From contig JAUZNW010000001.1 in assembly GCA_030706785.1 (NCBI GenBank), positions 1 to 63,215 on the forward strand: a DNA stretch of 63,215 bases. The letters run 5' to 3'. Origin of the DNA: Bacteroidota bacterium. Lineage in GTDB: Bacteria; Bacteroidota; Bacteroidia; Bacteroidales; VadinHA17. Positions 39,088-50,125 of this stretch are shown here, in pieces. Made by a program: the position numbers and the translations under genes. The stretch's first letter is position 1, and each line of letters begins with the position of its first letter. The notes beneath the pieces were generated by a model, which saw only the letters and a list, made by a program, of their open reading frames with translations, was not told the origin of the DNA and searched no databases.

Positions 39088-40851
39088 TTATTTTCCGAAT
39101 AATAACTGATAATCCCTTGATTTTGCTGCATTAACCCATTTCTCAGGAATAATTTTCCAGTTATCAAGGGTTTCAGGTTTTATTGTCTTTGCCGATTCAA
39201 GATACTTCATTATATAATACCTCAGATCCTTATCGGTTGAGTTTTTAAGTCGCTTTGCCAGTTCATCCCTGTTGATTCCGGCACCATCAGTAAAATGGCC
39301 CCCTCCTCCGTTGGCGCGATATGAATTTACAGCAACCAGATATGTCTTATCCATTTCGAAAGGCTTCCCGTTTGATAATGATTTTATTGTCACCATTTTA
39401 CCTTCAGGTTTACTGACATCTACTGTATAGTTGATCCCGGCAGCAGAGTCAAAATTATATGGTTGATTTTTCAGCCATGCTTTTCCCTTAACAAGTTCAG
39501 GATTGCCTTTTTTATCAAGCCTGAATTTCAATAGAAAATCACCCGGGCCCTTCATTGTATTTAACCAGTCTGAATATGAAAACTCCAGGTAATTCTTTAT
39601 CTCCTCCCCGGTCATAGACATTGTGTAAAGCATGTTCTCAAACCTGTAAAGTTTGAACATGTCTCCGGTCGTGACAGGTCCTGCCGGGATCTTTACGTCA
39701 AAGGACAAGGGTGCAGCAAAAGATATATCTGCATGAGTTATGTCGAGCTGTATTTTATGAATAAGATCGACAAATGCAGACGGACCGAAATATGAATCCC
39801 GCGATGAAACAGGTGCCTTAAAAGTTGCAATGGTTTTGTCGACATATTCATTTAATGTTCTTTTTTGTCCCTCAAACCTTGCCGTAAAGTCCGGATCAGC
39901 TTCGTAATCTTTAACATCAATGATATTGCCCTTTATGGCTTTTTGATATCTGTGTCCTCCTCTGAGTCCGCTGAATTTAATATCGGCTCTCATTAAATGC
40001 TCCGACCTGCTGCCTCCCTCCATTACCAGAACGGTATCTCCGGCAAAGTTTACGATCTTCTTATTTACTACATTATGATTATGCCCGCAAAGGATTATGT
40101 CAAATCCGGGCACCTGCCTGGCTACAGAGCCAGATCCGATCTCATTGTGTGAACCTGCAAGGGTTTCATTATCACCTTCCTCATCCCATCCTGAATGGAA
40201 GAGCCCGACAATCAAATCAGGTTTCTCTTTTTTTATTAGGGGAATCCATTTCCCGGCAGTCTCAACCAGATCCCTGAATTCGATGCCGGAATAGAGTTCC
40301 GGCGGTAGCCATGACGGGACCGATGGGGTGATCAGACCCAGTACAGCAATCCTGATTCCGTTCTTTTCAAGTATTATGTATGGCTTGAAATACGGATTGC
40401 CAGTCGATCTATCAACAGCATTAGCAGCAAGCAGCGGGAAATTATATTTCTTTGCAAGCCTGTCGTACACAGAGTGCCCTGCCTCGATATCATGATTCCC
40501 TACTGAAGCGGCATCATAACCGATTAAATTCATTGCTTCAGCATTCAGGTGCGGAGAGACTGTGTCTATGAAATTATAATAATACACCTCGGGCTGTCCC
40601 TGAAGGTTATCACCGTTATCAAGTACGATAACCGCTTCGTTTTCCTTCCTTGCCTTTTGTACATAAGTATATACCCCTGCAAGTGATACATCGATATCCT
40701 TCTTTTCAATGAAATCATATGGCAGGATCACGCCATGAACATCTGTCGTGGCCAGGATTGTGATAGTCCTGATTTTTCCTTCTGAGCATGAAGCAAGAAA
40801 AATCAGGATCACTGCCGGGATCAGGTAAAATCTGTAATGTCTGAGATTCAT
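39088..40851 (-). CDS. 2',3'-cyclic-nucleotide phosphodiesterase / 5'-nucleotidase lipoprotein (CpdB-like)
   Basis: TTDVHG, DNGDNLQG, GNHD and GHNH metallophosphoesterase motifs plus a nucleotidase C-terminal domain (NSYRANGGG). Confidence 0.9.
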   Translation of the reverse strand: MNLRHYRFYLIPAVILIFLASCSEGKIRTITILATTDVHGVILPYDFIEKKDIDVSLAGVYTYVQKARKENEAVIVLDNGDNLQGQPEVYYYNFIDTVSPHLNAEAMNLIGYDAASVGNHDIEAGHSVYDRLAKKYNFPLLAANAVDRSTGNPYFKPYIILEKNGIRIAVLGLITPSVPSWLPPELYSGIEFRDLVETAGKWIPLIKKEKPDLIVGLFHSGWDEEGDNETLAGSHNEIGSGSVARQVPGFDIILCGHNHNVVNKKIVNFAGDTVLVMEGGSRSEHLMRADIKFSGLRGGHRYQKAIKGNIIDVKDYEADPDFTARFEGQKRTLNEYVDKTIATFKAPVSSRDSYFGPSAFVDLIHKIQLDITHADISFAAPLSFDVKIPAGPVTTGDMFKLYRFENMLYTMSMTGEEIKNYLEFSYSDWLNTMKGPGDFLLKFRLDKKGNPELVKGKAWLKNQPYNFDSAAGINYTVDVSKPEGKMVTIKSLSNGKPFEMDKTYLVAVNSYRANGGGGHFTDGAGINRDELAKRLKNSTDKDLRYYIMKYLESAKTIKPETLDNWKIIPEKWVNAAKSRDYQLLFGK

Positions 40852-40865
40852 AGGAGCAAAATTAA

Positions 40866-43688
40866 TTAATCATTGACCAGGTTGTAACCGTCTTTCTTGC
40901 CTTTCTCGGTCTGAGGGATACCGTACTTCATCCAGGATGGAATCGGAGCTCCCTTCAGATAATGGTCAAAAAACTGCATCTTCCTTATTGAGAGATCCTT
41001 CCTGTTTGGTCGTTTTATCAGGTTATGCGCTTCATCATTATATGAAAGCATCCACGCAGGCTTACCCAGCCTTCTCAGGGCCGTAAGGAATTCTATTCCC
41101 TGGTACCAGGGGACAGCACCATCAGCATCGTTATGCATTAAAAGCAGGGGAGTATTTATCTTTGGAACGAAAAAGACCGGAGAATTCTCTATGAACTGGA
41201 GCGGTTTCTCCCAAATTGTCCCTCCAATCCTGCTCTGGTCGTGTTCATACTGAAACATCCTGCTCATTCCTGATTCCCACCTGATTCCCCCATAGGCGCT
41301 TATCATATTGCTTACGGCCGCTCCTGCGTATGCGCACTTGAAAAGGTCAGTCCTTGTAACCAGCCACGCAATCTGGTATCCTCCCCAGCTCTGTCCGTCA
41401 AGGCCCAGTCTTTCCCTGTCGATAAAATCATATCTGTCGAGAAGTGCATACGTTCCGCTCATTACCGCATTATAGCAGCTTTCACCAGGGTATCCGATGC
41501 GATATGTTATGTCAGGGACAAAAAGAAGATACCCGTTGCTTACCGCAAATGACCGGTTGATTATCGAAGCACTTGGGGCAGGAGGAAAATAATTGTAAAA
41601 GCCATCCGAACTTCTCTCATAAAAGTACACTATCATAGGGTATTTCTTTGAAGCGACAAAGTCTTCAGGCTTATAAAGGATTCCCTGAAGCTTTTGTTTA
41701 TCGAATGAAGTCCATTCTACCAGCTCGGCAGTGAGCCAGTTAAAGCTGCTTTGCTGAGGGTTGGTGACGGATAGTTTTTTGATATTGGTAAAATTAAGAT
41801 CGCTGACAAAAAGCTCAGGTGAAACCGAAAATGATTCTTTCTGCCAGATTACCCTGTCGGCATTTTTTGCTTTGGTCAGCAGACGCGGGAATGAAGCTTT
41901 CTCAAAGATGAGCTTTACCGGATCCTTCCTGTTAAAGAGGTTGATATAATAAAATCCTGCCTCTTTGTTCACATAGTTGAAGGTGGAAAGATAAAGAGGG
42001 CCTTTTAATGGAATGTATTCAACGTCCGGATCCAGATTAATATATCTGAATCTCAGATTATTTGTCCGGCCATATCCATTGGTTAAATTGACGGGTGCTT
42101 CATTCCTGTCAGTTTCGAATGACCAGATATCGTATCTGTCATATAACAGGACCTGTCGTTCACTTTCGGTAAACCCTGCAACACCGTAGGGTTCGGGATC
42201 ACTGGGGGTATCGTTGAGTTCATCATAGAAGGGAAAATTCCCGGGAACTGAAAGCATCCTCAAAATCTCTCCCGTTCCTGATCTCAGCGCCCATTCCTTT
42301 TTGTCAACATCCCAGCTGAGGATAAACTTCCCTCCGGGTGACAGCACAACCTGCGAGGGGTATCCGGTTAAAAGCTTCTGCCTGACTCCGTTTTCCAGGT
42401 TCACGATAAAATAATCCTGATAATCTCTTGATTCCCAGGATATGAGCTTACGATACCTTTTACCTGATGTACCGAGTGCATAATTACCTGATGATTTCAG
42501 ATCGAACCTGATAACGGGCATCGATGTATCTGCCAGCTGAAACATGATATTCCTGTCTGTATGGTAAACTGCCCTGTAGAACCTCTTCAATTCCTGATCT
42601 AGCTCTTTTTTCTGCATAGGCTGCAGCAGATCGTCATTCCATGACCAAATGTCGAGCTTATATTTTTCTTCATCAAGCAGCGTATCTTCAGGCTCTTTGA
42701 CAGGCTTTTGTGCTGTTCCGAAAAAGAGCCTGGTGCCGTCATTCGAAAATGTGATAGTACCATTCTCGCTTACGGACCACCCTGAGGGCATAGCCATAGT
42801 AGTGGTATCAACTATCCTGACAGCATTGTTAAATGAGGCTGACAACCAGAGATCGTAGATCCTGGTCTTAGCGGTATCACCTGAATATATAAAAGCAGAA
42901 TACTTACCAGAAGGATCATCCGCAATATTTTTTGCGCTGCCCTTACCCTCAAAAACGATCCTGGACTGTTCCTTCCCGGTATCAAAGACATTTACTTTGA
43001 AATTTTCAATTTTAGTAGTATCTGGTATATCCTGAATAAAGCTTATGGAGCCTCCATTTTTTGCTACGGCATATTCGATTACATCCTGGAACCTGAATTC
43101 TTTTCCCGATATCGGCTCAAGAATAACAAATTCAGCCCCTTTTGGCTCAGGTGTCTTTGTCGATTTCTTCTGATTTGCTTTTACGTTATTTAAGGAATCA
43201 GCTTTCTGTTTATCATCCTTTTTCCCGGATGGTTTCTTCTCAAGCAGGTAAGCCATCCACAAGCTTTTTTCAGAGGGGACCATAAATGACTTTACAGCAG
43301 GTATACTAACAGTCTCACCTTCAGGAAGTCTTCTTATTTCAAGGTTGTTTTTAGGCATTTGATCCTCCTTAAGCTTCTTCTTTTTGGCCTGCCTGGTAAC
43401 CAGGTAAGCCGGCTTCACCGAATAAGCGACATACCTGGAATTAGCAGAAAAGGAGGGATTAATCCCTCGAGCAACCGAGTCTTTCCTTCCTGTCAATAAA
43501 TTAAAGATGTAAAGCCATCCGTCCCCCTGCTGAGGCTCAATGATATAAGCAATCCAGTTGCCATCGTCAGATATTATTTGCCGGGTTATGCTTTTCCAGC
43601 TGTCATAAACCGACTGATCGAGAGGAGGCTTTTGTGCCTGAAGGTTTATCGCCGCACAAAACAATGCCAGTAGAAAAATCCTTTTCAT
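40866..43688 (-). CDS. S9 family prolyl oligopeptidase-like exported peptidase
   Basis: GQSWGG (Ser), NDADGAV (Asp) and EAH (His); signal peptide. Confidence 0.92.
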   Translation of the reverse strand: MKRIFLLALFCAAINLQAQKPPLDQSVYDSWKSITRQIISDDGNWIAYIIEPQQGDGWLYIFNLLTGRKDSVARGINPSFSANSRYVAYSVKPAYLVTRQAKKKKLKEDQMPKNNLEIRRLPEGETVSIPAVKSFMVPSEKSLWMAYLLEKKPSGKKDDKQKADSLNNVKANQKKSTKTPEPKGAEFVILEPISGKEFRFQDVIEYAVAKNGGSISFIQDIPDTTKIENFKVNVFDTGKEQSRIVFEGKGSAKNIADDPSGKYSAFIYSGDTAKTRIYDLWLSASFNNAVRIVDTTTMAMPSGWSVSENGTITFSNDGTRLFFGTAQKPVKEPEDTLLDEEKYKLDIWSWNDDLLQPMQKKELDQELKRFYRAVYHTDRNIMFQLADTSMPVIRFDLKSSGNYALGTSGKRYRKLISWESRDYQDYFIVNLENGVRQKLLTGYPSQVVLSPGGKFILSWDVDKKEWALRSGTGEILRMLSVPGNFPFYDELNDTPSDPEPYGVAGFTESERQVLLYDRYDIWSFETDRNEAPVNLTNGYGRTNNLRFRYINLDPDVEYIPLKGPLYLSTFNYVNKEAGFYYINLFNRKDPVKLIFEKASFPRLLTKAKNADRVIWQKESFSVSPELFVSDLNFTNIKKLSVTNPQQSSFNWLTAELVEWTSFDKQKLQGILYKPEDFVASKKYPMIVYFYERSSDGFYNYFPPAPSASIINRSFAVSNGYLLFVPDITYRIGYPGESCYNAVMSGTYALLDRYDFIDRERLGLDGQSWGGYQIAWLVTRTDLFKCAYAGAAVSNMISAYGGIRWESGMSRMFQYEHDQSRIGGTIWEKPLQFIENSPVFFVPKINTPLLLMHNDADGAVPWYQGIEFLTALRRLGKPAWMLSYNDEAHNLIKRPNRKDLSIRKMQFFDHYLKGAPIPSWMKYGIPQTEKGKKDGYNLVND

Positions 43689-43906
43689 CCTGTTTTAAGT
43701 AATTTTTCAAATGAAGTCATAAACTTAAAAAAGAATATTTACTTTCAGGGAATTTTGGTAGTATAATTGAATTCAAGATTGGTAAACTTGACCGTAAGTT
43801 GCTGGGTGCAGGTTGCTTGTTGGAGGTTAAGATCACACCTGATAATAACCGGTAATCAGCACCCGGCAAAAACAATTCTGTATAATCATAAGAATATCAT
43901 GAATAA

Positions 43907-45085
43907 GTGATGGTACTGACTGGATTGGATCAGATAAGGATAAACCTTCCACATAAGCTGGCAGGGAAAAGAATCGGCATCTTATGCCATGCTGCCAGCG
44001 TTGCAGGCGATTTTACTCACATCACCAAGATCTTCGCCGGCAGAAAGGATTGCCGGATGACAGCCATATATGGTCCGCAGCATGGGCTATATGGACAGAC
44101 GCAGGACAATATGATTGAGTGGCAAAGTACAAAGCACCCTTACTATGGAGTGCCTCTGTACAGCCTTTACGGGGAACTTCGGAAGCCCTCCCGGGAAATG
44201 CTTGGTGATATTGATGCTTTTGTTGTGGATCTCCAGGATGTTGGGGCAAGGTTATATACTTATATCTGGACAGTAAAACTATGCATGGAAGCCTGCAGTG
44301 AGACAGGCATACCTGTCTGGATCCTTGACAGGCCAAATCCGGTAGGAAGGCTGCCATTTGACGGACCTGTGCTAAAAAAGGAATATTTTACTTTCGTCGG
44401 GGGAGCCTCTATTCCATTGTGCCACAGGATGACAATGGGGGAAATGTCAGTCTGGATAAAGGAAAAATATGTGCCGGGATGTGACCTTAATCTGGTCCGG
44501 ATGAAAGGCTGGCAACGAAATTCCCTGTTCAATGAAACAGGACTGCCATGGGTTTTGCCGTCGCCCAATATTCCAACCCTGCAAACTGCTGTGGTCTATC
44601 CTGGAACTGTACTTTTCGAAGCCCTGAATCTTTCGGAGGGAAGGGGAACCTCTATCCCATTTGAACTCATTGGAGCTCCTTTCATTGATGCCGTCAGACT
44701 TAAAAAGAATCTAGACTCAAGAAACATCCCGGGTTGTATTTTCAGGATACATGATTTCATTCCAACATTCAACAAATTCGCAGGTAAACTCTGTCATGGT
44801 CTGCAGATCCATGTGACTGAACCTGAGAAATATTACCCTGTTGCAACTGCCTACGAAATAATTCATGCTATTCTCGAGACTTCTTCCCGGGATTCGCTCC
44901 ATTTTAATCCGCCTCCTTATGAATATGAGTACAGGCTGATGCCGTTCGATATACTTTCTGGTGATTCCGTTATGAGAGAATCCCTCCTGAGCAGGACTCC
45001 TCTCCGGAAAGAACGGTTAAGATGGGATGCGGAGATAGAGGAATTCTCGAAAGATTTCCGACAGATTAAATTTTATGATGAGTAA
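43907..45085 (+). CDS. DUF1343 / NamZ-like exo-beta-N-acetylmuramidase
   Basis: YGPQHG, DLQDVGARLYTY, LDRPNP, PSPNIP and SEGRGT motifs. Confidence 0.88.
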   Translation: MMVLTGLDQIRINLPHKLAGKRIGILCHAASVAGDFTHITKIFAGRKDCRMTAIYGPQHGLYGQTQDNMIEWQSTKHPYYGVPLYSLYGELRKPSREMLGDIDAFVVDLQDVGARLYTYIWTVKLCMEACSETGIPVWILDRPNPVGRLPFDGPVLKKEYFTFVGGASIPLCHRMTMGEMSVWIKEKYVPGCDLNLVRMKGWQRNSLFNETGLPWVLPSPNIPTLQTAVVYPGTVLFEALNLSEGRGTSIPFELIGAPFIDAVRLKKNLDSRNIPGCIFRIHDFIPTFNKFAGKLCHGLQIHVTEPEKYYPVATAYEIIHAILETSSRDSLHFNPPPYEYEYRLMPFDILSGDSVMRESLLSRTPLRKERLRWDAEIEEFSKDFRQIKFYDE

Positions 45086-45106
45086 ATGTTCCCGTACATT
45101 TACTGG

Positions 45107-45493
45107 TCAGAGTTTTCGTCTTGACGAGGTAAGCTTTTCGATCAACTGATGCGGGAAAATAGGTTTTACGATATAATCATCAAATCCTGATGCAATTATT
45201 CTCTCCCGGTCCCCGAGAAGGCTGTATGCAGTCTGTGCAATGATGATGATATCATTTCTTAACTCCCTTATCTTTTTGGCTGCCCCATAGCCGTCTATTA
45301 CAGGTAGCTGAATGTCCATGAGTATTATATCTATCCCCGGATTTGACTTAACCGCTTCAATTGCTTCCTTCCCATCAACTGCATTTATCAGTGTAGCTCC
45401 AGTTTTCTCAAGTATCTTATTCAGGTAAAGTCGGCTCGAAACATCATCTTCAACAATAAGAATTTTCTTAGTTTTCAGATATTCGTTTTCCAT
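45107..45493 (-). CDS. Single-domain response regulator (receiver only)
   Basis: ILIVEDD, ILMDIQLP, AQTA and YIVKP motifs. Confidence 0.93.
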   Translation of the reverse strand: MENEYLKTKKILIVEDDVSSRLYLNKILEKTGATLINAVDGKEAIEAVKSNPGIDIILMDIQLPVIDGYGAAKKIRELRNDIIIIAQTAYSLLGDRERIIASGFDDYIVKPIFPHQLIEKLTSSRRKL

Positions 45494-45504
45494 AGCTTCC
45501 AGCT

Positions 45505-45888
45505 TTATTCAAATAGCCCGTCATCTCTGAGCAGAAGAAGGATTGCCGATTGCGGGACCACTATGTACTTCTCCTTGTTAAATTCAATTTCAATCGCACT
45601 GCTCTGGAGATAGACAGCCTGATCGCCCTCTTTGGGCTGAAGGGGTACATACTTGGGTTCCTCTGTCTTTGCTTTCCATGGCTCATCAACATCATTCACA
45701 GATGGGATCGGGTATCCCGGTCCTACCTTAAGTACGTATCCTATCTGAACCTTTTCGTTCTCGTTTACTCCGGGTGGAAGATACAGACCGCTCTTTGTCT
45801 GTGACTGGGGAACTTTCGGTTTGATCAGTATCCTGTCCCCGATCACAATCAGTTTCTGTAAATCCTTTTCATCAAGTAGTACGCCCAT
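45505..45888 (-). CDS. GroES (Cpn10) family protein, stand-alone
   Basis: GDRILIKP, TKSGLYLP and VGPG motifs. Start placed at the ATG at 45888. Confidence 0.85.
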   Translation of the reverse strand: MGVLLDEKDLQKLIVIGDRILIKPKVPQSQTKSGLYLPPGVNENEKVQIGYVLKVGPGYPIPSVNDVDEPWKAKTEEPKYVPLQPKEGDQAVYLQSSAIEIEFNKEKYIVVPQSAILLLLRDDGLFE

Positions 45889-46005
45889 AGTATTATTCAA
45901 ACAGGACAAAAATATCATTTTTTGGACTATGCGGGAACTCTCTTCCGGGAATTAATTAATATTGCATCCGGAGTATGAACGCAATATCACCCACTTTATT
46001 TTAGG

Positions 46006-46617
46006 ATGGAATCCGACAGTTACCTGACAATTAAGGCTTTCTCAAAGGGTTTGTACAGGGAAAAGGGAAGCAGGTTCATCGCACTCGCGTATCCGGTATC
46101 AGGTCAGGAAGAGATTAAAACAATCCTGGCGCAGGTCAGAAAGGAGTATCACGATGCAAGACACCACTGCTTTGCCTGGGTGCTTGGACAGGAAAGGGTG
46201 AATTTCCGTGTAAATGACGACGGGGAGCCCTCAGGCACTGCCGGCAGACCAATTATCGGACAGATCAATTCAGCCTGCCTGACGGATATCCTGGTAATAG
46301 TTGTGAGGTATTTCGGGGGGAAGCTTCTAGGTACAAGCGGGCTGATAAATGCCTACAGGACTTCAGCAGAATCAGCTATCAGGAACGGGGAAATCATTGA
46401 ACGCCATGTACAGGAAAATTATGAGCTTCATTTTCCGTACTCTGCATTGAATGATATAATGAAGCTTGTAAAAGAGGAAGACATGCAGCATTCGGATCAG
46501 ATATTTGAACTTGAATGTGCCATGAAAGTTTTTTTCAGAAGATCCAGAGCAGAGATGATCCTCGAAAAATTCTCAAGGATTGACGGATTGGAAGCCAGAA
46601 AAATCAATGCTGGATAG
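46006..46617 (+). CDS. YigZ/IMPACT family protein
   Basis: KGSRF, ARHHCFAW, DDGEPSGTAG and RYFGGKLLG motifs. Confidence 0.93.
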   Translation: MESDSYLTIKAFSKGLYREKGSRFIALAYPVSGQEEIKTILAQVRKEYHDARHHCFAWVLGQERVNFRVNDDGEPSGTAGRPIIGQINSACLTDILVIVVRYFGGKLLGTSGLINAYRTSAESAIRNGEIIERHVQENYELHFPYSALNDIMKLVKEEDMQHSDQIFELECAMKVFFRRSRAEMILEKFSRIDGLEARKINAG

Positions 46618-46732
46618 GTTTTAACAATGGCCGGAAAGTTGTTAGTAAATTATCAACAACTGTCAGAAAAAAATACAATCATGGGTAAATTTGAAAAGCA
46701 CTATTCCCTAAAGGTGTTAAACGCCCATAATA

Positions 46733-47641
46733 ATGAAAAACAGAAGTTTAGTATCGATTGATGACCTTTCGACAGATGAAGTTCTGAAGATCCTCGACCT
46801 TGCTGCTGAATTTGAAAAGAAACCTGTACAGAAACTGCTTGAAGGTAAAGTAATTGCAACACTGTTCTTTGAGCCGTCAACACGGACAAGGCTCAGCTTT
46901 GAAAGCGCCATCAACCGTCTCGGCGGTAAAATCGTTGGATTTTCTGATGCAAGCAGCTCAAGCGTTTCAAAGGGCGAAACGCTTCACGATACCATTAAAA
47001 TGGTAAGCAGCTATGCTGACCTGATCGTGATGAGGCACCCCATCGAAGGAAGTGCCAGGTATGCCAGTGAGGTGGCTTCTGTACCGGTGATTAACGCCGG
47101 GGATGGTGCAAACCAGCATCCCACTCAGACGCTGCTCGATCTGTATTCCATACGCAAAACTCAGAGAACCCTCGACAACCTGAACATTTTCATGGTCGGC
47201 GATCTTAAATACGGCCGGACTGTTCACTCACTCATGATGGCAATGTCGAGATGGAACACGACATTCAATTTCATCTCGCCCGAAGAGCTGAAAATGCCGG
47301 AGGAGTTCAAGCTTTATCTCGAAAATCTCGGCCTGAAATATTATGAACACCTCGATTTTACCGATATCATTTCAAGGGCAGATATCATCTATATGACCAG
47401 GGTTCAGAAAGAGAGGTTCTCAGATCCGATTGAATACGAAAAGGTGAAGAATGTGTACGTTCTGAAAAATTCAATGCTTAAAAATACAAAACCAAATATG
47501 CGAATACTTCATCCCCTACCAAGGGTGAATGAAATACATACCGATGTGGATGCCAATCCTAAAGCATATTATTTTGAACAGGCTCTCAACGGGGTTTATA
47601 CGCGGCAGGCTATACTCTGCTCACTTTTAGGAATCAAGTAG
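46733..47641 (+). CDS. pyrB: Aspartate carbamoyltransferase catalytic subunit
   Basis: [16 protein letters not shown] and HPLPR motifs. Confidence 0.98.
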   Translation: MKNRSLVSIDDLSTDEVLKILDLAAEFEKKPVQKLLEGKVIATLFFEPSTRTRLSFESAINRLGGKIVGFSDASSSSVSKGETLHDTIKMVSSYADLIVMRHPIEGSARYASEVASVPVINAGDGANQHPTQTLLDLYSIRKTQRTLDNLNIFMVGDLKYGRTVHSLMMAMSRWNTTFNFISPEELKMPEEFKLYLENLGLKYYEHLDFTDIISRADIIYMTRVQKERFSDPIEYEKVKNVYVLKNSMLKNTKPNMRILHPLPRVNEIHTDVDANPKAYYFEQALNGVYTRQAILCSLLGIK

Positions 47642-47656
47642 AAAGGAAGGTGAATC

Positions 47657-48109
47657 ATGAAAAAGCAATTAAGTGTCAGTGCAATTGAAAACGGAACTGT
47701 TATAGATCACATTCCGGCAAGGAACCTATTCAAGGTAATCCAGATCCTGGGACTTGATCATATAGACAGCCAGATAACCTTCGGCACCAATCTCGAAAGC
47801 AAAAAGCTGGGAAGAAAGGCAATTATAAAGATCTCAGGCAAATTCTTTGAAGATGAGGATATTAACAGGATCGCACTTGTAGCCCCTGACGCCAAGCTGA
47901 ATATCATAAAGGATTACGAGGTCGTTGAAAAGAAGCTTGTCGAAGTACCGGATACCATAGTTGGGATCGCCAAATGCATGAACCCAAAGTGCATAACCAA
48001 TTTTGAAGCTGTCACTACCCGGTTTAAAGTTGTCTCTAAAAAGAATGTGGCTCTCAAATGTCATTATTGTGAGAAGATCACAACGCAGGAGAACATGACA
48101 ATAATCTGA
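47657..48109 (+). CDS. pyrI: Aspartate carbamoyltransferase regulatory subunit
   Basis: [10 protein letters not shown] and Zn ligands CMNPKC / CHYC; follows pyrB. Confidence 0.97.
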   Translation: MKKQLSVSAIENGTVIDHIPARNLFKVIQILGLDHIDSQITFGTNLESKKLGRKAIIKISGKFFEDEDINRIALVAPDAKLNIIKDYEVVEKKLVEVPDTIVGIAKCMNPKCITNFEAVTTRFKVVSKKNVALKCHYCEKITTQENMTII

Positions 48110-48137
48110 GTCTGATAAAATCAAATTCTTTAAGAAT

Positions 48138-48260
48138 CCACTACCTCCGCCCTGTCTTCGGCGGGTGACTCCTCTTAAGAAGAGTAGAAATTAGCAGTAC
48201 TTACACAATTTTACCCTCCTTCCAGGGAGGGGGCCCCGACTTCATGTCGGGACAGGGTGG
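48138..48260. repeat. REP-like palindromic intergenic element
   Basis: Nested hairpins ccgccc/gcggg, ctctt/aagag, ccctcc/ggaggg and cccgac-ttcat-gtcggg with ccac...gtgg ends, between convergent genes. Confidence 0.55.
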
Positions 48261-48272
48261 CAGCATGGATTA

Positions 48273-48740
48273 TTACCTTAGCCTGTCGTATGACCTTACA
48301 AGCTCCTCATCTTTCTTGATTCCCCGGTATGCAAGTACTGCTAAAATGATCATGACAATTGGCAGAAACATCTTATAATTCAGGCTGATGCCGGCATGGT
48401 AATTGTTCACGACCGAAACCGCACAATAAACAAGTGCACCGATAAATACAAGGACCAGAATTATCAGTGCGATTGTCAGCTTCATCTGAAGCTTCCTTTT
48501 CCTGTATAAAAATATTGCTGCAACTGAAATAGCGATAATTAATGCAATGATTACACCGACCGGCGCCGGGTTACTGTCCAGATGAAGTGTATCTGTCCCC
48601 TTTAACTGATAGATCCCTGAAGTATTCAGCATGATCCCTGCACCTGAATTGTTATTAAATGTTAAAATGCTTCCTCTCAGGAATAAAGCAGCCACCAGTG
48701 CTGTCAGAAATAAATATACCGATTGAATTCTCTGAATCAT
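48273..48740 (-). CDS. DUF4293 family membrane protein
   Basis: MIQRIQSVYL N-terminus, IFLYRKRKLQ and IKKDEELVRSYDRLR C-terminus. Confidence 0.9.
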   Translation of the reverse strand: MIQRIQSVYLFLTALVAALFLRGSILTFNNNSGAGIMLNTSGIYQLKGTDTLHLDSNPAPVGVIIALIIAISVAAIFLYRKRKLQMKLTIALIILVLVFIGALVYCAVSVVNNYHAGISLNYKMFLPIVMIILAVLAYRGIKKDEELVRSYDRLR

Positions 48741-48994
48741 ATTGGCAGGATTTTTTAAACTGAAGTAAAATTAGATGGTTTTGGTCAAATAAAAATATGA
48801 GATCTGATATCATGCTTTCGGGAGCCGTAACTCTATTTATTATAATTTTTTAACACATTTTTAAGAACATGAGTAACTCAGAAAGATTCAATTTACCTAC
48901 CTTTGCGTCCTTGATATTAAGCTCACATTCAAAGTTGAAATCCCGTTCTGTTAAGCTACTAGCTGCAACGGCAGAAATATAATCAATTCCTGAA

Positions 48995-50104
48995 ATGAAG
49001 AAAAAACTAAACCTGGTAATCACGATTTTCCTGATTATTGTACTTGCAGCAATAATCGCCTATCCAAAGGTAAAGCCGCTTTTTGCTGCAAAGTCCCCAA
49101 TGCCAGCTGCTCCTGGTGGTCCCGGCAGAGGACAGGGTGGTTCCATGCAGGGGAGACAGTTACTTAACGTGAGCGGATTTCTCATCAAGCCTGCGCAGCT
49201 TAGCGAACTGGTAAACAGCAACGGAACTTTAAGGCCTGATGAGGAGGTTGATCTTTCTTTCGAGACTTCCGGGAAAATTGTAGGGATTAATTTTACTGAA
49301 GGAAAAAGGGTACAAAAAGGAGATCTTCTCGCGAAGATAAATGATAAGCCATTACAGGCACAGCTTGAGAAACTTGAGGCGCAAATAAAGCTTGTTGAAC
49401 AAAAGGAATTCAGGCAGAGGAGCCTCCTCACAAAGGACGCAATAAGCCAGGAAAGTTATGACCAGATCGAAACAGAACTCCAGACCACCCAGGCTGATAT
49501 TAATCTTGTCAAGGCAATGATTGCTCAAACTGAACTCCGGGCACCGTTTGACGGGATAATCGGTCTTCGGTATGTAAGTGAAGGAAGCTATACTACACCG
49601 TCAACAAAAATTGCCAGGCTTATCAAGATCAAGCCATTAAAGCTCGAGTTCTCAATACCTGAACAATATGCTGATGAAATTAACATCGGTTTCCCTCTTT
49701 CTTTCAAGGTTACCGGTAACAATACAGTTTTTAATGCAAATGTTTATGCAGTTGATCCGAAGATTGAACTTAATACCCGTTCAATCGTAATAAGGGCATT
49801 GTATCCAAACAGGAATGAAGAGCTGAAATCCGGGCGGTATGCTGCAGTCACTCTGCAATTGTCAAAGATCGAAAATACTATTGCCATTCCTACTGAAGCG
49901 CTGGTTGTCGAAATGGAGGGTGAATCGGTGTTTATCTACAAGAAAGGTAAAGCATCGAAGGTTCCCGTTGGAACAGGCCTTCGCACAGAAGATCTTATTC
50001 AGATCGTTAACGGATTGAAATTTGGTGATACGTTGCTTACAACAGGGATACTCCAGTTGCGTCAGTCGCTTCCTGTTGTGCTCGACACACTTATTGTTAA
50101 TTAA
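48995..50104 (+). CDS. RND efflux periplasmic adaptor subunit
   Basis: N-terminal anchor and lipoyl-like EGKRVQKGDLL ... RAPFDGIIG; TACCTTTG box at 48898-48905. Confidence 0.93.
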   Translation: MKKKLNLVITIFLIIVLAAIIAYPKVKPLFAAKSPMPAAPGGPGRGQGGSMQGRQLLNVSGFLIKPAQLSELVNSNGTLRPDEEVDLSFETSGKIVGINFTEGKRVQKGDLLAKINDKPLQAQLEKLEAQIKLVEQKEFRQRSLLTKDAISQESYDQIETELQTTQADINLVKAMIAQTELRAPFDGIIGLRYVSEGSYTTPSTKIARLIKIKPLKLEFSIPEQYADEINIGFPLSFKVTGNNTVFNANVYAVDPKIELNTRSIVIRALYPNRNEELKSGRYAAVTLQLSKIENTIAIPTEALVVEMEGESVFIYKKGKASKVPVGTGLRTEDLIQIVNGLKFGDTLLTTGILQLRQSLPVVLDTLIVN

Positions 50105-50125
50105 TTAACATATAATCAATAAAAT

